A stretch of DNA of 64,000 bases from Vicugna vicugna (lineage: Eukaryota). Below the pieces are notes generated by a model. It was not told the DNA's origin. It ran no database searches and saw only the letters and a list, made by a program, of their open reading frames with translations. The DNA is taken from positions 3,139,003-3,203,002 of the forward strand of contig MU058065.1 in NCBI GenBank assembly GCA_013265495.1, written 5' to 3'. Position numbers and translations under genes: made by a program. Every line of letters begins with the position of its first letter. Within the stretch, counting starts at the first letter, position 1. Positions 50,338 through 63,180 of the stretch are shown in pieces.

Positions 50338-50529
50338 CAGGGTCCTGTGAGCCTTTCTTCCTGCCTTCCTGAGAAGAGTCTGGACTGAGAACGGAAAGAC
50401 GTGAAGGAAGAGATCAAAGACAGAGCTGGCAGTGTCAGTAAATCACCAGATCATGACTTTTAAAACCTATAGGACGTTAAAAATTTTTTTAATTTTTAAA
50501 AAGACAAAAAATAACTAATTTAAAAACAG

Positions 50530-50670
50530 TTTGGGGTTGAGAGTAAGGAAGGCCACACATGAATGGAGGGCAGGAGAATATGGAAACTCTCTGTACCTTC
50601 TGCTCAGTTTTGCTGTGAACGTAAAACTGCTCTAAAAAATTAAGTCTATTTAAAAAGGAAAAAAAAAATT
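50530..50670 (+). mobile_element. Old L1M 3' end
   Basis: 'atggaaactctctgtaccttctgctcagttttgctgtgaacgtaaaactgctctaaaaaat'. Confidence 0.75.
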
Positions 50671-51061
50671 GGCTCAGGTGAAAAAAAGCCAAACAATAAA
50701 CACAGAATAATACAATGGCCACTAGGTCAGTGTGTGCAATTTAGTTCTTTTTTATCTTTTTTTTTAAGCCACAATGAGACCTATTAAGAAAGAGGTTTCC
50801 AAGAAATCCAGCTACTTAACCTAAATGGACATAGAGGTAAACTTCAAATTAAGAACTGCAATTAGCAAGTCAGTAATGTTTGAATGCCAGCTTGTGCAGC
50901 TGTTTGGCCAGACCGGGAGCTGGCAGAGCCAAGAACAGGCACAAGTTCTTGTGTGTCTGTTTGTGTATCTTTGTCTGTGCAAGCCAATCTGGGTATGATT
51001 TCCAGTACCTGGAGTCTAATACTATGTGTCTCAGAAGATGGAGATACCAGCGTTAACTTGT

Positions 51062-51775
51062 ACTAGTGTCCAAGTTTAAGTTCCCTCAAAGCAGACTCTG
51101 AGACAAGGGGAGGTGACCTCAGTAAGTACCAGTGAGGGGGCAGGAAAGCGAGAAGGCGTAGAGAGAAAGCCCAAGAAGTAAGAGGTATGGAAATGAGCAG
51201 TTTTCTTGCCAAGCATCTGGGGCTCAGTCTCCCTGGAGGAGCCACATAGAAGCTTCTCGGGACGGCCCCACTGAGAGGGGAAGCTGGGCTGTTCATCCAA
51301 GATTCCACTCCCTCCTTGGTGAGCGCTGCCTCTGAGATTATTATGCCCCTGAATCTTCTAGGCTTCCTCGAGCCACATCAACAGAACAGACACCACAATC
51401 TTTTGAACTAGAGAAAAATTCCCAACAGAAAAACAGAGGGTACCCTGCTCCTTTTTTTTTTCAATGTTTTAACTTTTTAAAATTGTTTTCATTTTTATTG
51501 AGGTGACATTGATCTATAACACTATATAAGTTTCATGTCAAAGTTAATTTGAAAAGGTAGGAGCACCCCTATGTTCATCACAGCTTACTTACAATTGCCA
51601 AAATAGGGAAACAACTTGTGTCCATCAACAGATGAATGGGTAAAGAAGATGTGGCGTATACACAATGGAGTATTACTCAGCCTTCTTTGGGGTGGGAGAG
51701 TTGTCACTGTGCTGGGAACTGTCCACAGAAGCTGCCTGTGAATTCCAAGGCGGGAAGAGGAGACTAGAAGGGGAG
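51062..51775. mobile_element. Old ERVL/MaLR-type LTR interrupted by an inverted L1 (51452-51681)
   Basis: 'tagtgtccaagtttaagttccctcaaagcagactctgagacaagg'; the host resumes at 51682. Confidence 0.55.
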
Positions 51776-54770
51776 GGGTGGGAAGGGAGAAGAAAGTTGG
51801 TCCCTAGTAGTAGCTCTATTTAGAGAAAACTTATCAATAGATGAGTTGTTAATTCATATGATGTCCTGCCATTTTTTGTTTCTGTTTGTTTGATTGATTG
51901 ATTGATTTCCTTTCTTTTCTTTTTCTTGTTTTTTTCTTTTCTTTTTTCCTTTCTTTCCTTCCTTCCTTTCTCTCTTTTCCTGTATTCCTTCTTTCCCCTC
52001 CTCTTTCCTCTTCTTTTCTTTTTTCTAACTTTTTTGAACTTAAAACAACAACAGCGACAACTGTTTTGAGCTTTGCGGGACCCTCACACTTCCCTGGGAA
52101 GGGAGCCTATGCATCCAAACTGGCTCGCCACCACGTGGTGGCAGCTTCTGGGGTTGCAGGCAGAGCTTCAGTCAATAGCAACCTGGGTGTCATCAATTTA
52201 AATCTGATTAATTTCTTTGGAGAAAAAGACTACTGAATTGTAAGACGAAAATTAAGGCTTTTGTGATGGGATCATCTCTGTGAGGTCCCAGGGATTTTTT
52301 GATCCTTTTAATAGCCCCAGTTTCCTAATCTGTGTAATGATATCACATAGGAAGAAAAGAACTGAAAAACTGATTTACATTAAAAAAAAATCCTATATTG
52401 ATGAAGATTAGTTTTGATGACAATAAATAGATGGTGCTAAAGTGAAATGAAATATTTTGTGGATCCAGAGAAGATGCCACAGCAGCACATATAATGCTAA
52501 GCACAGGGAAATTTGATAAGGTTTTTCCTTTATTATGGCATTTCCAACAATTAACAGTGACGTTAATCAACAACTCCTTAAATCAGTGTTTTTTATATCA
52601 CTATTTGGGAATACCTGGCCTATATAATGCACAAAATACATTTGCAGCAAATACTTCTTTTTGCTTTATGTAAAGATTTTTAAAGATTCCAGGTTTAAAA
52701 TATGCGTGTAATCTTCCTTCTGCTTTTCTGTTTAAGAAAATTATTTTTTTAAATGAATAAGGAACAGTCGTTTCCCCAAACTTTACTATCATTCTACATG
52801 TCTCATTTTTCATTTTTAATGATTTTTAGAAAGTATAGAAATAAGATAAATAGCTTGAAATGAATAGTTGATAGTTGATAAACTGTTTTGATATGGCTTC
52901 TTTACTCTAGTTTAACTAACACTTTTCATCACCAAATCTAAATATCTTATTTCTACATGATCTAAACACCTCATTTGGGATTTAAAAAAAGAAAAAGAAT
53001 TCTAGGTTTGTTTCTTAAAAGCAGCGGAATGTATACGTAGCCATGTCCTTACCTCTTTAATATCAGAGGAGTTTGCGGGGGAAGATTTGAGGCATAGGGT
53101 TTTGGTGGCAAAACTTATACCTCATTTACATATGTGAAAAGAGACTAAATGAATTTGTCCTTCTCCCCTCCACCGACTGATCCTTTTTACTAGCAAAATA
53201 ACAGATTTTTCAAAAACTAAATTAGGCCTTTGAACTTTACTCTTAAAAATGTTAAAATGGAAATGTTTAGGTTATGTATAATTTACCATAGTAAAACAAC
53301 TTAAAAGGAGGGTGGTAATAAAGGGAGAAATAGTAAACGTTTAACAAGCCACTAGAAGCTAAAACCATCCAAATATATCAAACTTCATTCCCTTTACTGC
53401 TATTGTAATACTAACATCTTAAAGGGGTTCCCTTTTAAACCCTTTTTCCTCAGGAAAGGGTATTCTAATCATTTCTTTAGCCAAATCAGAAAGACTGTCA
53501 GATAACCAGACTTCTGGGAGACAAGTGCTTTGTCAGCCTCCTGACTAATCAGATTTCAGTCCGCAATGCCTTGAGTATTCACTTTTAAAATGCCAAGTGG
53601 TTATTAACCATCCTGTCAATTACTGATCAAGGGGAATGAAGCTTGGTTTGATGTCTGTGTCTAAAAGCAGGTCCACTGATAGAGCAATAACTCAGTGTCC
53701 AAAATCCATGGCCATGAGCTTTATCACATTGGCTGGAGAGAATGAAAGTCTTGTTTCAGGAAATATCCAGCCTGGCCTAATTTCCCTTGGAGCTGGGAGC
53801 TGGGAACTGGGAGAATCAGCTTGGTACAATGCACTAGTGTTGTGCTTGGGAAATTCAAGGGCCCAGGGATTACCTAGAGGGGCAAAAATGGAACTCAAGG
53901 AGCCCAACTCGAATACACTGAAAGGCCTACATGTAACATCACTAAGATATTCTCAATGGACCAGAAAGAAAGTACTAGAGTTGAAGTTCAGACTAAACCC
54001 TGGGAGACTTTGTGTCTGTCATTCAGGTGGCCATTTGACTGTCTAAATAGTAGCTAATATTAACCATTGTTTAAAAAAAAAAAAAAGAAATGTTTCCAGC
54101 GATCCTCAGCATGCACGTTCAGATTGACATTGCCCTAAGCTAACTGGACCCTCACGTAGTTCCTTGTGTTTCTCTTCCAGAGCCCTGGTCCTGCTTTTGA
54201 GCAACGATTGATTGCAAAAAGGAGTTTGCAGTCCACCTCAGGAGCCGTGAGACTGATACTCAAGATATGTGCAATGTACTTTCTTTATAACACAGATCTT
54301 GCTCTTTCAACTTCTGTTGGGAGAGACCGGCTGATTTTGCATCTGAGTGATGCAGCGCTCCTCGTCAGGCAACCCAGTAAGTCAGCTTTGTTTCAGATTG
54401 CTTGCCAATGGCCATCTTTGTTTCCTTCTTTCTACACCATACAGTACTAGGATACTGAGAGGGAACCCAAAGACCAATTCTTACGAACATTTTAAGGGCA
54501 CTTATACTAAAGGTTGAACATTGATATACTTTCAGGAACCTAAGGTCTAACTTGTCTCAACTTGCCTTTGCAGTCTGTGTCACACTGTGTATTAGGAACG
54601 TGACTGTGTGCAGGCCATGTCTCAGGTCTACAGTGTTAGCACAGGAATCAAGTGTCCCAGTACAGTAAGCCTGTTTCCCATTATAAGAGCGTTTATCTTA
54701 GTGGTTGGCTGTTAATCTTCCTCCTCCCCATCATCGAGCCCAAGATAGTAGACTTGACTAAAGATACACA

Positions 54771-54990
54771 CAGTGGTTCTCAACCAGCAGTGATTTTCCT
54801 CCCCAGAGGACGTTTGGCAAAGTCTGGAGACATTTTTGGTTGCCACAACTGATGGAACGGGGAAGATGCTACCAGCATCTGGTGGTTAGCGGCCAAGGAT
54901 GCTGCTAATTGTCCTCCAAGCACAGGACGGCCCCACAGCAGAGAACCGTGCGGCCTAAAACGTCAGTAATGACCGGGGTGAGAAACCTTG
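54771..54990 (+). mobile_element. MER20 hAT transposon
   Basis: 'cagtggttctcaacc...tctggagacatttttggttgccacaac...gagaaacc'. Confidence 0.85.
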
Positions 54991-55052
54991 GCCTTGAGTT
55001 TACAATCATGCATCCTGCAGCAAATATTCGATATTTCACTTCTATCTGCTCT

Positions 55053-55221
55053 TTGGTTTTGAGGTTTTTTTCTGAGAAGGGGGTGCGGTAGGTAAATAGG
55101 TTTACTCATTTATTTAGTTTAATGGAGGTACTGTATATTGAACCCTGGACCTCATGCATGCTAAGAATGTGCTCTACCACTGAGCCATACCCTCCCCACC
55201 CACTGAGCTACACCCTTCCCA
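55053..55221 (-). mobile_element. Vic-1-type SINE with duplicated 5' head
   Basis: TSD tctatctgct; 'cactgagccataccctcccc' repeated as 'cactgagctacacccttccc'. Confidence 0.85.
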
Positions 55222-56211
55222 CTCTATCTGCTTTTTGACGCACCATGATCGAGAATTGTTTTCCTCTCTCTCCTTCCTCCAGCAATGCCCAGCCTAGGTG
55301 GGTCTTCTCGCTCCATTGTGCTGAGAAATTCTGCTTTCCTCTTGTTTCTACTCCCAAACTGGCATACGTAAAACCAGTTCAGAGCTCAGCTAAATAAATG
55401 GCCTCCTGTTAACAGGATACAGGATTCAGGCTTCACAAAAGGCAGTTTATTATTATTATTATTATTACTTGACCATATCCTTGGGGTCCCACCCTCCTGG
55501 CCCAAGCTGCTTATCAAAATATTTCTTTCCAAGAAATAAAGTGCTTCCCCAGGAGGCACTCTGATGAATAAAATTTTCTTCACCCTTTAGCTGGTTGTTT
55601 CAAATGACTGTTGTGAACTTTGACATGACCTTCAACACAAAATCTAGCCCCTCATTGTGGACCTTTGTCGTAAATGTTCATGAAATTCTGATTTGATTTC
55701 AGTGTAAGGATTTTGATACACAGAATGTATTGTGAGAATTGAAACAACTCATGCGACTACACATCAGATTAAAGCTAACAAATGTGCTGTTTTTTTCCTG
55801 TTTCTCGAAACAATGTAGAGTGTTGTGAAGCTGGCCTAGTTTTTCTCACTGTTCTTTGTCAGTGTTTGACTAAGCAGAGGTTGTGTCAAAGGGGATGTGG
55901 GGACAAAAGAGGAACCGTGTGTGTGTGTGTGTGTGTTAGTTTGAGGAAAGGAGGTGGGACCTGCTACCTCCATGGCTCTCAAGACTCAGAACATTGGGAA
56001 ACCTCTTCCTGGACATACAGTTTATGTAACATTAAAACAAAATGTTCACAAGTTAGAATTCAACTGAAGAGTTCAGAAACTGACCTGATCTGGGTTCAGA
56101 GAACTGGCCGGAAGGACTACGATTCCCACCTGACACCTGTCCCAGTTTCATCATTGGTGGTCCTGCCATCCCTCCTTTCCCTGTTGTGGCTCTCAATCAG
56201 TGAGTATGTGA

Positions 56212-56700
56212 TGTTAAAGTAAAGGTGAGACTCTGCCCCCCTCACTTATGAGAATGGAAACCGGTATAATTTCTTGTGCCTGTTACACGACACTGAGGTG
56301 GGGCATATTGTCCTTACATTCGACGGCAAGCAGAGCTATCTTACCTACTTGCTCCAGGAAATAAATACTTTCTCCTGGAAGGTAAGACTGTGAACCATTC
56401 GAAAGAGCTTACCTATCAAGACCATCAGCTTGCTCATCAAGACTGGCTTCACCGTGCCCACCAATACAAAGCTACCGTGTCATAAACCCTGCCCAGTGCC
56501 AACCAGTAACTCAGCTTTGAAGCCCTTGACATCACCTCAGCAAGCCCTAAAACCCCATGAGCATCCTCCCTTGACTTCCCCCTTCAGAGACGCTATGAAA
56601 ACCTTAAAAAAAAGGGCCCCCTTTCTGTAACAGAGGTAATAAACTTGGCTTTGCTTGGCCAGCAGGTTTCTCTGGTGGTTTGAAGAGCCAAGAGTTGACA
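56212..56700 (+). mobile_element. ERV solo LTR
   Basis: tgttaaag...gttgaca; AATAAA at about 56638. Confidence 0.65.
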
Positions 56701-56779
56701 TGTACTTCTTAAGAAAAATGGGGAAGAAAAATGAAATAAATGACTCTCAGAATGGAAATAATTGGTTATTTAAAGTCTA

Positions 56780-57380
56780 GAAACGGGAATGTAAAATGGT
56801 GCAGCCATAAAAATCAAATTGTGGTTCCTTAAAAAGGAACTTTAAACTTAGAGTTACCATATGATCCAGAAACTCCACCCCTAGATGTAGACCCAAAGAA
56901 ACTGAAAGGGACTCAAACAGATATGTGTATACCTATGTTCATAGCAGGGTTTGTCACAATAGCCAAAGGGTGGAATTAACTCAAGTGTTCATTGATGGAC
57001 GAATGAATTAAGAAAATGTGCTATATGCATACAGTGGAATTTTATTCAGTCGTAAAAAGGAATGAAATACTGATACCTGCTACAACACGGATGAACCTTG
57101 ACGACACACAAGGGCCAACACTGTGATTCCACTTACATGAAGTATCTGGAACAGGCAAATTCATAGAGACCACAGGTAGATTAGAGGTTCTCAGGAGCTG
57201 AGGGGAGAGGGAAGGAGGAGTCATTGTCTAATGCGTGTAGAGTTTCTTTTTGGGGTAATAAAAAGTTTGGGAAATAGATAGTGGTGATGGTTGCACAACA
57301 TTGTGAATGTAATGAATACCACTGAACTGTACGCTTAAAAGTGGTTTCAGTGGTAAATTTTGTGTTATGTATATTTCACC
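56780..57380 (+). mobile_element. L1MB-like ORF2 end and 3' UTR
   Basis: 'gagttaccatatgatccag...gtggtgatggttgcacaacattgtgaatgta'. Confidence 0.85.
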
Positions 57381-58320
57381 TTCTATCTCCCCTATACACC
57401 CGCTACCCTCACTTCTACATGACAGCATTTAGGGAAAGGAGAACACAGATCTTCTGAATTCAGATGCTTTCAGAAGACTAGGTAGGTGACATAAGCAAGT
57501 GAAACCAGCCAAGTGTTTGGATTAGGTAGTAGGGATTGCGATAAACTGGAAATGTGCTCTTTCTAAGAGGCATGCCAATGGTTCATCATCCCAACAGCTG
57601 TTGCCATACAGAAATGTGGGCTCAGACTTACCAGATTTCCTCATTTTTCAAGAGACACTGGAAATCAGGATTTATATGGGGAAGTTTCCACTGAAAATCT
57701 TTGTGCCATTTAGAACTGGTTAGTGGGCAGAGTTAGATGGAAGCCTCCTGCTTGCTATTCCTGATCTTCTGCCTACTGACCTGACCCTGAGCTTGCAGTT
57801 CGTACTGTCCCCACGTTAGATGCTTGTCCGAGTCAGGAAAGTGTATTTTTCTGAATCTGATGCATCACCAGCATAAAAGTTACCCAAAAGATTGACAGGT
57901 AGCTTCTTATATTTTTTTAAGACCCTTCATTCTTATTTTCACTTAGGCTTTGTTGATAAAATTGTCGAGCAAGGTCTTGTTCATTCCACCCTCTTGTCCA
58001 ACTAGGAATCCACAACTGTGTCACAAGTGAAGTGTGTCATGTAGCCCACGGGAGAGGCCAGTAGGAAGGAAAACCAAAAAGGGGAACATGGCAAGAGGGG
58101 TGGAGGGAGAGAAAGAAGAGAGAACGGAAAGGAGGGATGGAAAAAAGACAGAGAAAGAAACAAAAGAATCCAGAGAATTAACACAAAACTTCACTACGTG
58201 GTTGGTTACTCCCAGATAAAGCCTTCTCACATGTGTGGTCTCAGTTTTTAACAGACGTCTGGGAATTAGAACTTATTGAAATAGGGAAGAATTACTTTAA
58301 CCTTTATATTCTAGTGCTTT

Positions 58321-58725
58321 TGCTACAGGATGATCACTAAAGGGACGTTGTCTGTAAGCTTAAATTATACATAATGGCCCATCTCTGGGAACCCTGCCTC
58401 CCAGATAATAAGCCTTCAGCTAAAATACCTTTGTTTAGCTCACAGGAAACATCCTGACCAGCCCACCTGTGAACGGCTGCAGGCGGGAAGAAATTAACAC
58501 ATCCCCTCCGGAGTCCATCCGGAACCAGGACTTGACCCCCTCCCCTTTTAGTATAAAAGAAGCCTGAATTTTAACTCTGGGAAGATGGCTCTTTGGGACA
58601 CTACTCCACTAGCCTCTTGGTCAGTTGGCTTTCTGAATAAAGTCACTATTCCTTGCCCCAACAACTCATCTTGCGATTGATCAGCCTGTCGGACCGCCAG
58701 CAGTACAAGCCTGCGCTCGGTGACA
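58321..58725 (+). mobile_element. ERV1 (MER41-like) solo LTR
   Basis: tgctacag...ggtgaca; TATAAAA at 58552; AATAAA at 58636; R/U5 homologous to 1-180. Confidence 0.8.
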
Positions 58726-60737
58726 TTATTATCTTCAGTCTGCAGACAGAGAAGGAGAAGCTTCAAGAGGTTCCCTTTATGGTCCAGGCCTTAGTGGGTG
58801 AGCAGTGGAGACTACTGCTCCATGTACTTTCTGCCACTCCCCCTGGTGTGTGTCTAAGAGCAGCAGAGAAAGGAAGTCTGAGTGTGAGGAGGGAGAAGAG
58901 GAAGCAGCATGTTTGGCTGGCAGGTGGCAGAGGGCCACCAGCCACTGCTTTCAGAGTCTAACTGGCAAAGGGATCTTGAATTTCTTCCTGTATTATAATT
59001 CTCAGCCCCTATAAATACTCTTCCAAGAGCTCAGCTTCCCTATGAGGAAGCTAATACACAAACCTTGAGTAAATCCCTTAGCTTCTCTGAGCCCAGAGAT
59101 TTCTGTCCATGCTAAAGGTAGGCATGCTTTAATGGTCAACTGCGCAAGGGTTAAAGGGAACATCAGCGATCCCTGGAGGAAAGATCTGCAAGTGTTGTTA
59201 CAAGTTGACGGAGAAATCCTGGACTGGGTCACACTGTGAGTTAAACAAATGAAGCAAACAGCTGCGGAAAGAAGATACTAAACTGAAATCCACAACTTTT
59301 CTCATGTTCACAGCTTTGTTTCACATTGTTTTTAGTGTGTGGAAGCTTGGCATTACTGTTATAACCTTCTAACTTCTTAGGCCAAAGAGATGGTAAATGC
59401 AGAAGAACCTCAGCCAGAAAGGGGAGTAGACATTCCCCTAAATTCTCTGTCCCCTGATGATCTGACCTACTTTTTTTCCCATGCCAGCATGTCACAGCAA
59501 CTCATGTTGCAAAGGCAGCTGCGAATTCCATACTGTCTGGTTATTTCAAGTTTAGCCAACAGCTGACTCATTCCCCAGCTGCTTCATTGCTGGCAGTTGG
59601 AGGAACATTTGAAACAGGTGGTTTGACTGACCGATGGACCCACTTTGAGAAGCAGCCTTCCAGGATTAAAGGAAGTGATGTGATAAGAAGGAGGAGGAAG
59701 TTATATAAAAAATAATAATAAAGGGAACAATTCAAGTCACTTCTCCATGGTTATCTGGGAGAGTTCCATAAAAAGGTGTGGGTCGTGTTTTCCACTAGAA
59801 GATCTATTATTTGTGCCTTATTGATTGAGAAAAGAAATGCTTTCCTGGGCATGGTCTGGGAGAAGGGTATTGTGTTAAGAATAAATAAAAAACTAAAACA
59901 TGTCATATAAAAAAGTAACAGATGTTCCTGGAAATAAACCATTTAAGTGCCTTCAGAACTTAGCAAAATGGGAGATGGGAAACACGTCTGGGGAGAAAAA
60001 TGGATCACTAGCAAAATTATTTTTTAAAAGAGAGGAAGAATCTTTGGCACTGGGAGGAAACCTGGTAGTTGGGGAAAAGGCCCAATGTCTATATTTTGAG
60101 GGCATGGGCAGTGGAAATGCCTGCTTCTATTACACAAATTCTTTTTATATAAAAGTAGGACATTCCTTCAGCTCAGTGATACAGGATTAGGGTATTACTT
60201 CTACGTTCAGCAAATTCAGAGCGAGAGGAAATCAACTGAGGTGATCAGGAAGGGATAGAAATGTCAGATAGATGTTAAGTCTGGGAGCAAATATCACACT
60301 CTTTCTTAGAACGTTCCTTGAAGAAGTGCTCCACCAAAATGAAGGCATAAAAAAAAGAAAGCATGGAATCCAAAACAGAGTGGGTCCAAGAAAAGTCGCG
60401 AAGGGCTTTAGAAAGAGGGCTGTGCATCTGGCCGCTTAGTCCTGGTGGGAGCAGAGGGATGGGGTGGCTGCCGTGGAGGAAGGGGCTTTGGGGGAAAGGG
60501 GAGGGAGTCCTCAACAGAATATCTTATTGGTGAAAAAGCTGGCGCGGGGGGCAGGGGGAATTGTGATTGTGATGAAGGCAAACAGTGCAGGAAAAACAAA
60601 AAGGAAGAACAAAATAGAGGCCATTAGAAACTCCAGGGAAGAGTTTAAATGTGATTAAAAGGAAAATATAATCAGAGCAATATACTGACCCTGCAGGGAA
60701 CAATTTTGACACAGATATCACCATTATTTTCACTCAG

Positions 60738-60873
60738 GTTTTTTTTCGGGGTGGGGGGCATGGGAGTAACTAGGTTTATTTTCTTAGTTTTAGAGGCTGT
60801 ACTGGGGATTGAACCCAGGACCTTGTACATGTTAAGCATGCACTCTACCGCTTGAGCTATACCTCCTCTGCCC
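60738..60873 (-). mobile_element. Vic-1-type SINE
   Basis: 'ggggattgaacccaggaccttgtacatgttaagcatgcactctaccgcttgagctatacc'. Confidence 0.85.
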
Positions 60874-61517
60874 AGACATCATCATTTAAACTGTACTGAC
60901 TTTCAACTTTTAGTACCAACCTATAGGCAATGAAGAAAAACTAAATTATAGTTACAAGAGAAAATGTAAATATTATTGACCTTGACAATGTCAAAGGGAA
61001 ATGATAGAAGAAGAATATTAGAAGGTGAAGGAGGAGGGCGGCTGAAGGAACGGTTAGGGGTGTTAATATCTTCTTTTGATAATTAGGGACTGTAGTTGAG
61101 CAAGAAATGATGGTGCTTCTCTATTATTCAAGCCATAAATATACTTTGTGGAGAGATCATAAATAGTTATATCATCTTATATATTGAGAGAATGAGGAAA
61201 TGGAGAATAAAAGGATCAGAGCCCAACAGATAGTGACCAAAACTGATCAGTCAAAACTGCAGAGTCCTACTGCTTAGCAGTTTTAGAGATGGCTACCGGA
61301 AGAGATGACCAAGACAGGAAAAAGTGTTTGCCACCTGATGGATGCTAAAACTGGTAAGGATTTTGGAAATGATTTAATAATGACTTCAGTCCTTTCATTG
61401 TTCACAGGAAGAAACTGATGTTCAGAGGTTCAAGTGACTCAGCCAAATTTCCACAGTTTACTAGTCACAGAGCTGGGATTACAGTCCAGGTGCCCTAACT
61501 CCGGGTTCAGTCAGAAG

Positions 61518-61591
61518 CATTCATTTAAAAATAATTGATATGTTAATATCAATCATTCATTTAAAAATAATTGATATGTTAATATCAATCA
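61518..61591. repeat. Perfect 36-bp tandem duplication
   Basis: cattcatttaaaaataattgatatgttaatatcaat x2. Confidence 0.95.
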
Positions 61592-62731
61592 AGTAGTTAC
61601 CAGATCAAAGACCTAAAGTTCCCTCTGAAACACTACATTGATTCTTTGTTCTGCCTCCACGTATTAACAGTAATGAAACAGCATTTTGTTTGGTGATTTT
61701 TTTCGTTTATTCAGATTCTCTATGAAACAAAACATTGCTTCTCAATTGGTTTATCAGTTAACAATAATGATTGATTTTGTTTCATTCATTCAGCACAACG
61801 CTAGGCCCCACTAGGAACAGAAACATCATTCAGATATAGCCCCTGACCTCAAAGAGTTAAACATTCAGAGGAGAAGATAAGACACATTCACAAATAATGA
61901 GGACATTGGGGAGATCTTGAGAACTCCATCAGATGTCACCACGTGTCAGAAAGTTCCAGAGCAGCAAGGTCCTGTCTCCTTGGGAGAAAGGAAAGCAGGG
62001 AAATATATTCAGACTTTACAAAGCTTTGGAGAAATAACTTCTGGAGTTCATGAAAATCATTCACGTCGTTTGGCAACAAAAAACACATAAACTGCAAGGA
62101 GAAGTCAGCAATTTCCTTCTAAGTACACAAACTGTCTTTAACCACAGAACACATTTTTTTAATTGGCTGCTGAAACTTTTAGAATGCTTAAGCAGTACTC
62201 TGGGTAAGTGTCTATACTTGTACCCAAATTGACTTCAGTTGTGTCTACACTTAGAATAAGATTAATGCAATTTTAAAAATTCAGTTCTTTTTAAACGTTA
62301 GCCTTTATATTTTAAGTTGCCCACTAAAACTGGGTAAAAGCCTTTCAAATGACAGCATTACCTGTGTTTAATGAGACTTGATGGTTTGAAATGGAATGAA
62401 TTCCTATTTAAAAAAAAATCCTCAGGCTTATCAGTTTGTAATTTAGATGTAGTAGAATTCACACTTTTTAGGTGTTTAGTTTTCACAAATGGGATGCTTT
62501 TATTGTGATTTTTAGAGTTAGCCACTAGCACAGTGAAGAGCTATAGAACTGAATGGCAATAAGCAGGATAGGAATCACTGATAACATAGAGCAAACATTC
62601 CCACCTGTACCGTGTGCTCAGGCAGAGGGGTGTGTCCTTAATATGAATAATCTCAGCTGCTTCTCCCATCCCTATAGAAAATGTTCCTTTATAATCTCTA
62701 CAGATGAGAAAACTGAAGCTTGGAGAAGTTG

Positions 62732-63180
62732 TTTTCTTTCTGTTTTTTTAATTGAAGTATATTTGATTTACAATGTTGTGCTAATTTCTGGTGTACAGCA
62801 TAGTGATTCAGTTATGCTTATATATACATATTCTTTTTCATATTCTTTTTTATTGTGGGCTACTATAAAATATTGGATATAGTTCCTTGTGCTATATAGT
62901 AGGACCTTGTTGTTTACCTATTTTATATACAGTAGTTTGTATCTGCTAATCCCTAACTCCTAATTTATCCCTCCCCTATCTGGCTTCCCCTTTGGTAACC
63001 ATGTTTGTTTTCTAAGTCTGTGAGTCTCTGTTTTGTAAGTAAGTTCATTTGTATCATTTTTTCAGATTTCACATATAAATGATACCATATATTTGTCTTT
63101 CTCTTTCTGACTTACTTTAATTAGTGTGACAATCTTTAGGTCCATCTATGAGGCCACAAATGGTATTATTTCATTCTTTT
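62732..63180 (-). mobile_element. L1 3' UTR (cetartiodactyl type) inserted in a MIR
   Basis: 'ttttttaattgaagtatatttgatttacaatgttgtg...tatagttccttgtgctatatagtaggacc'; MIR sequence on both sides. Confidence 0.9.
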
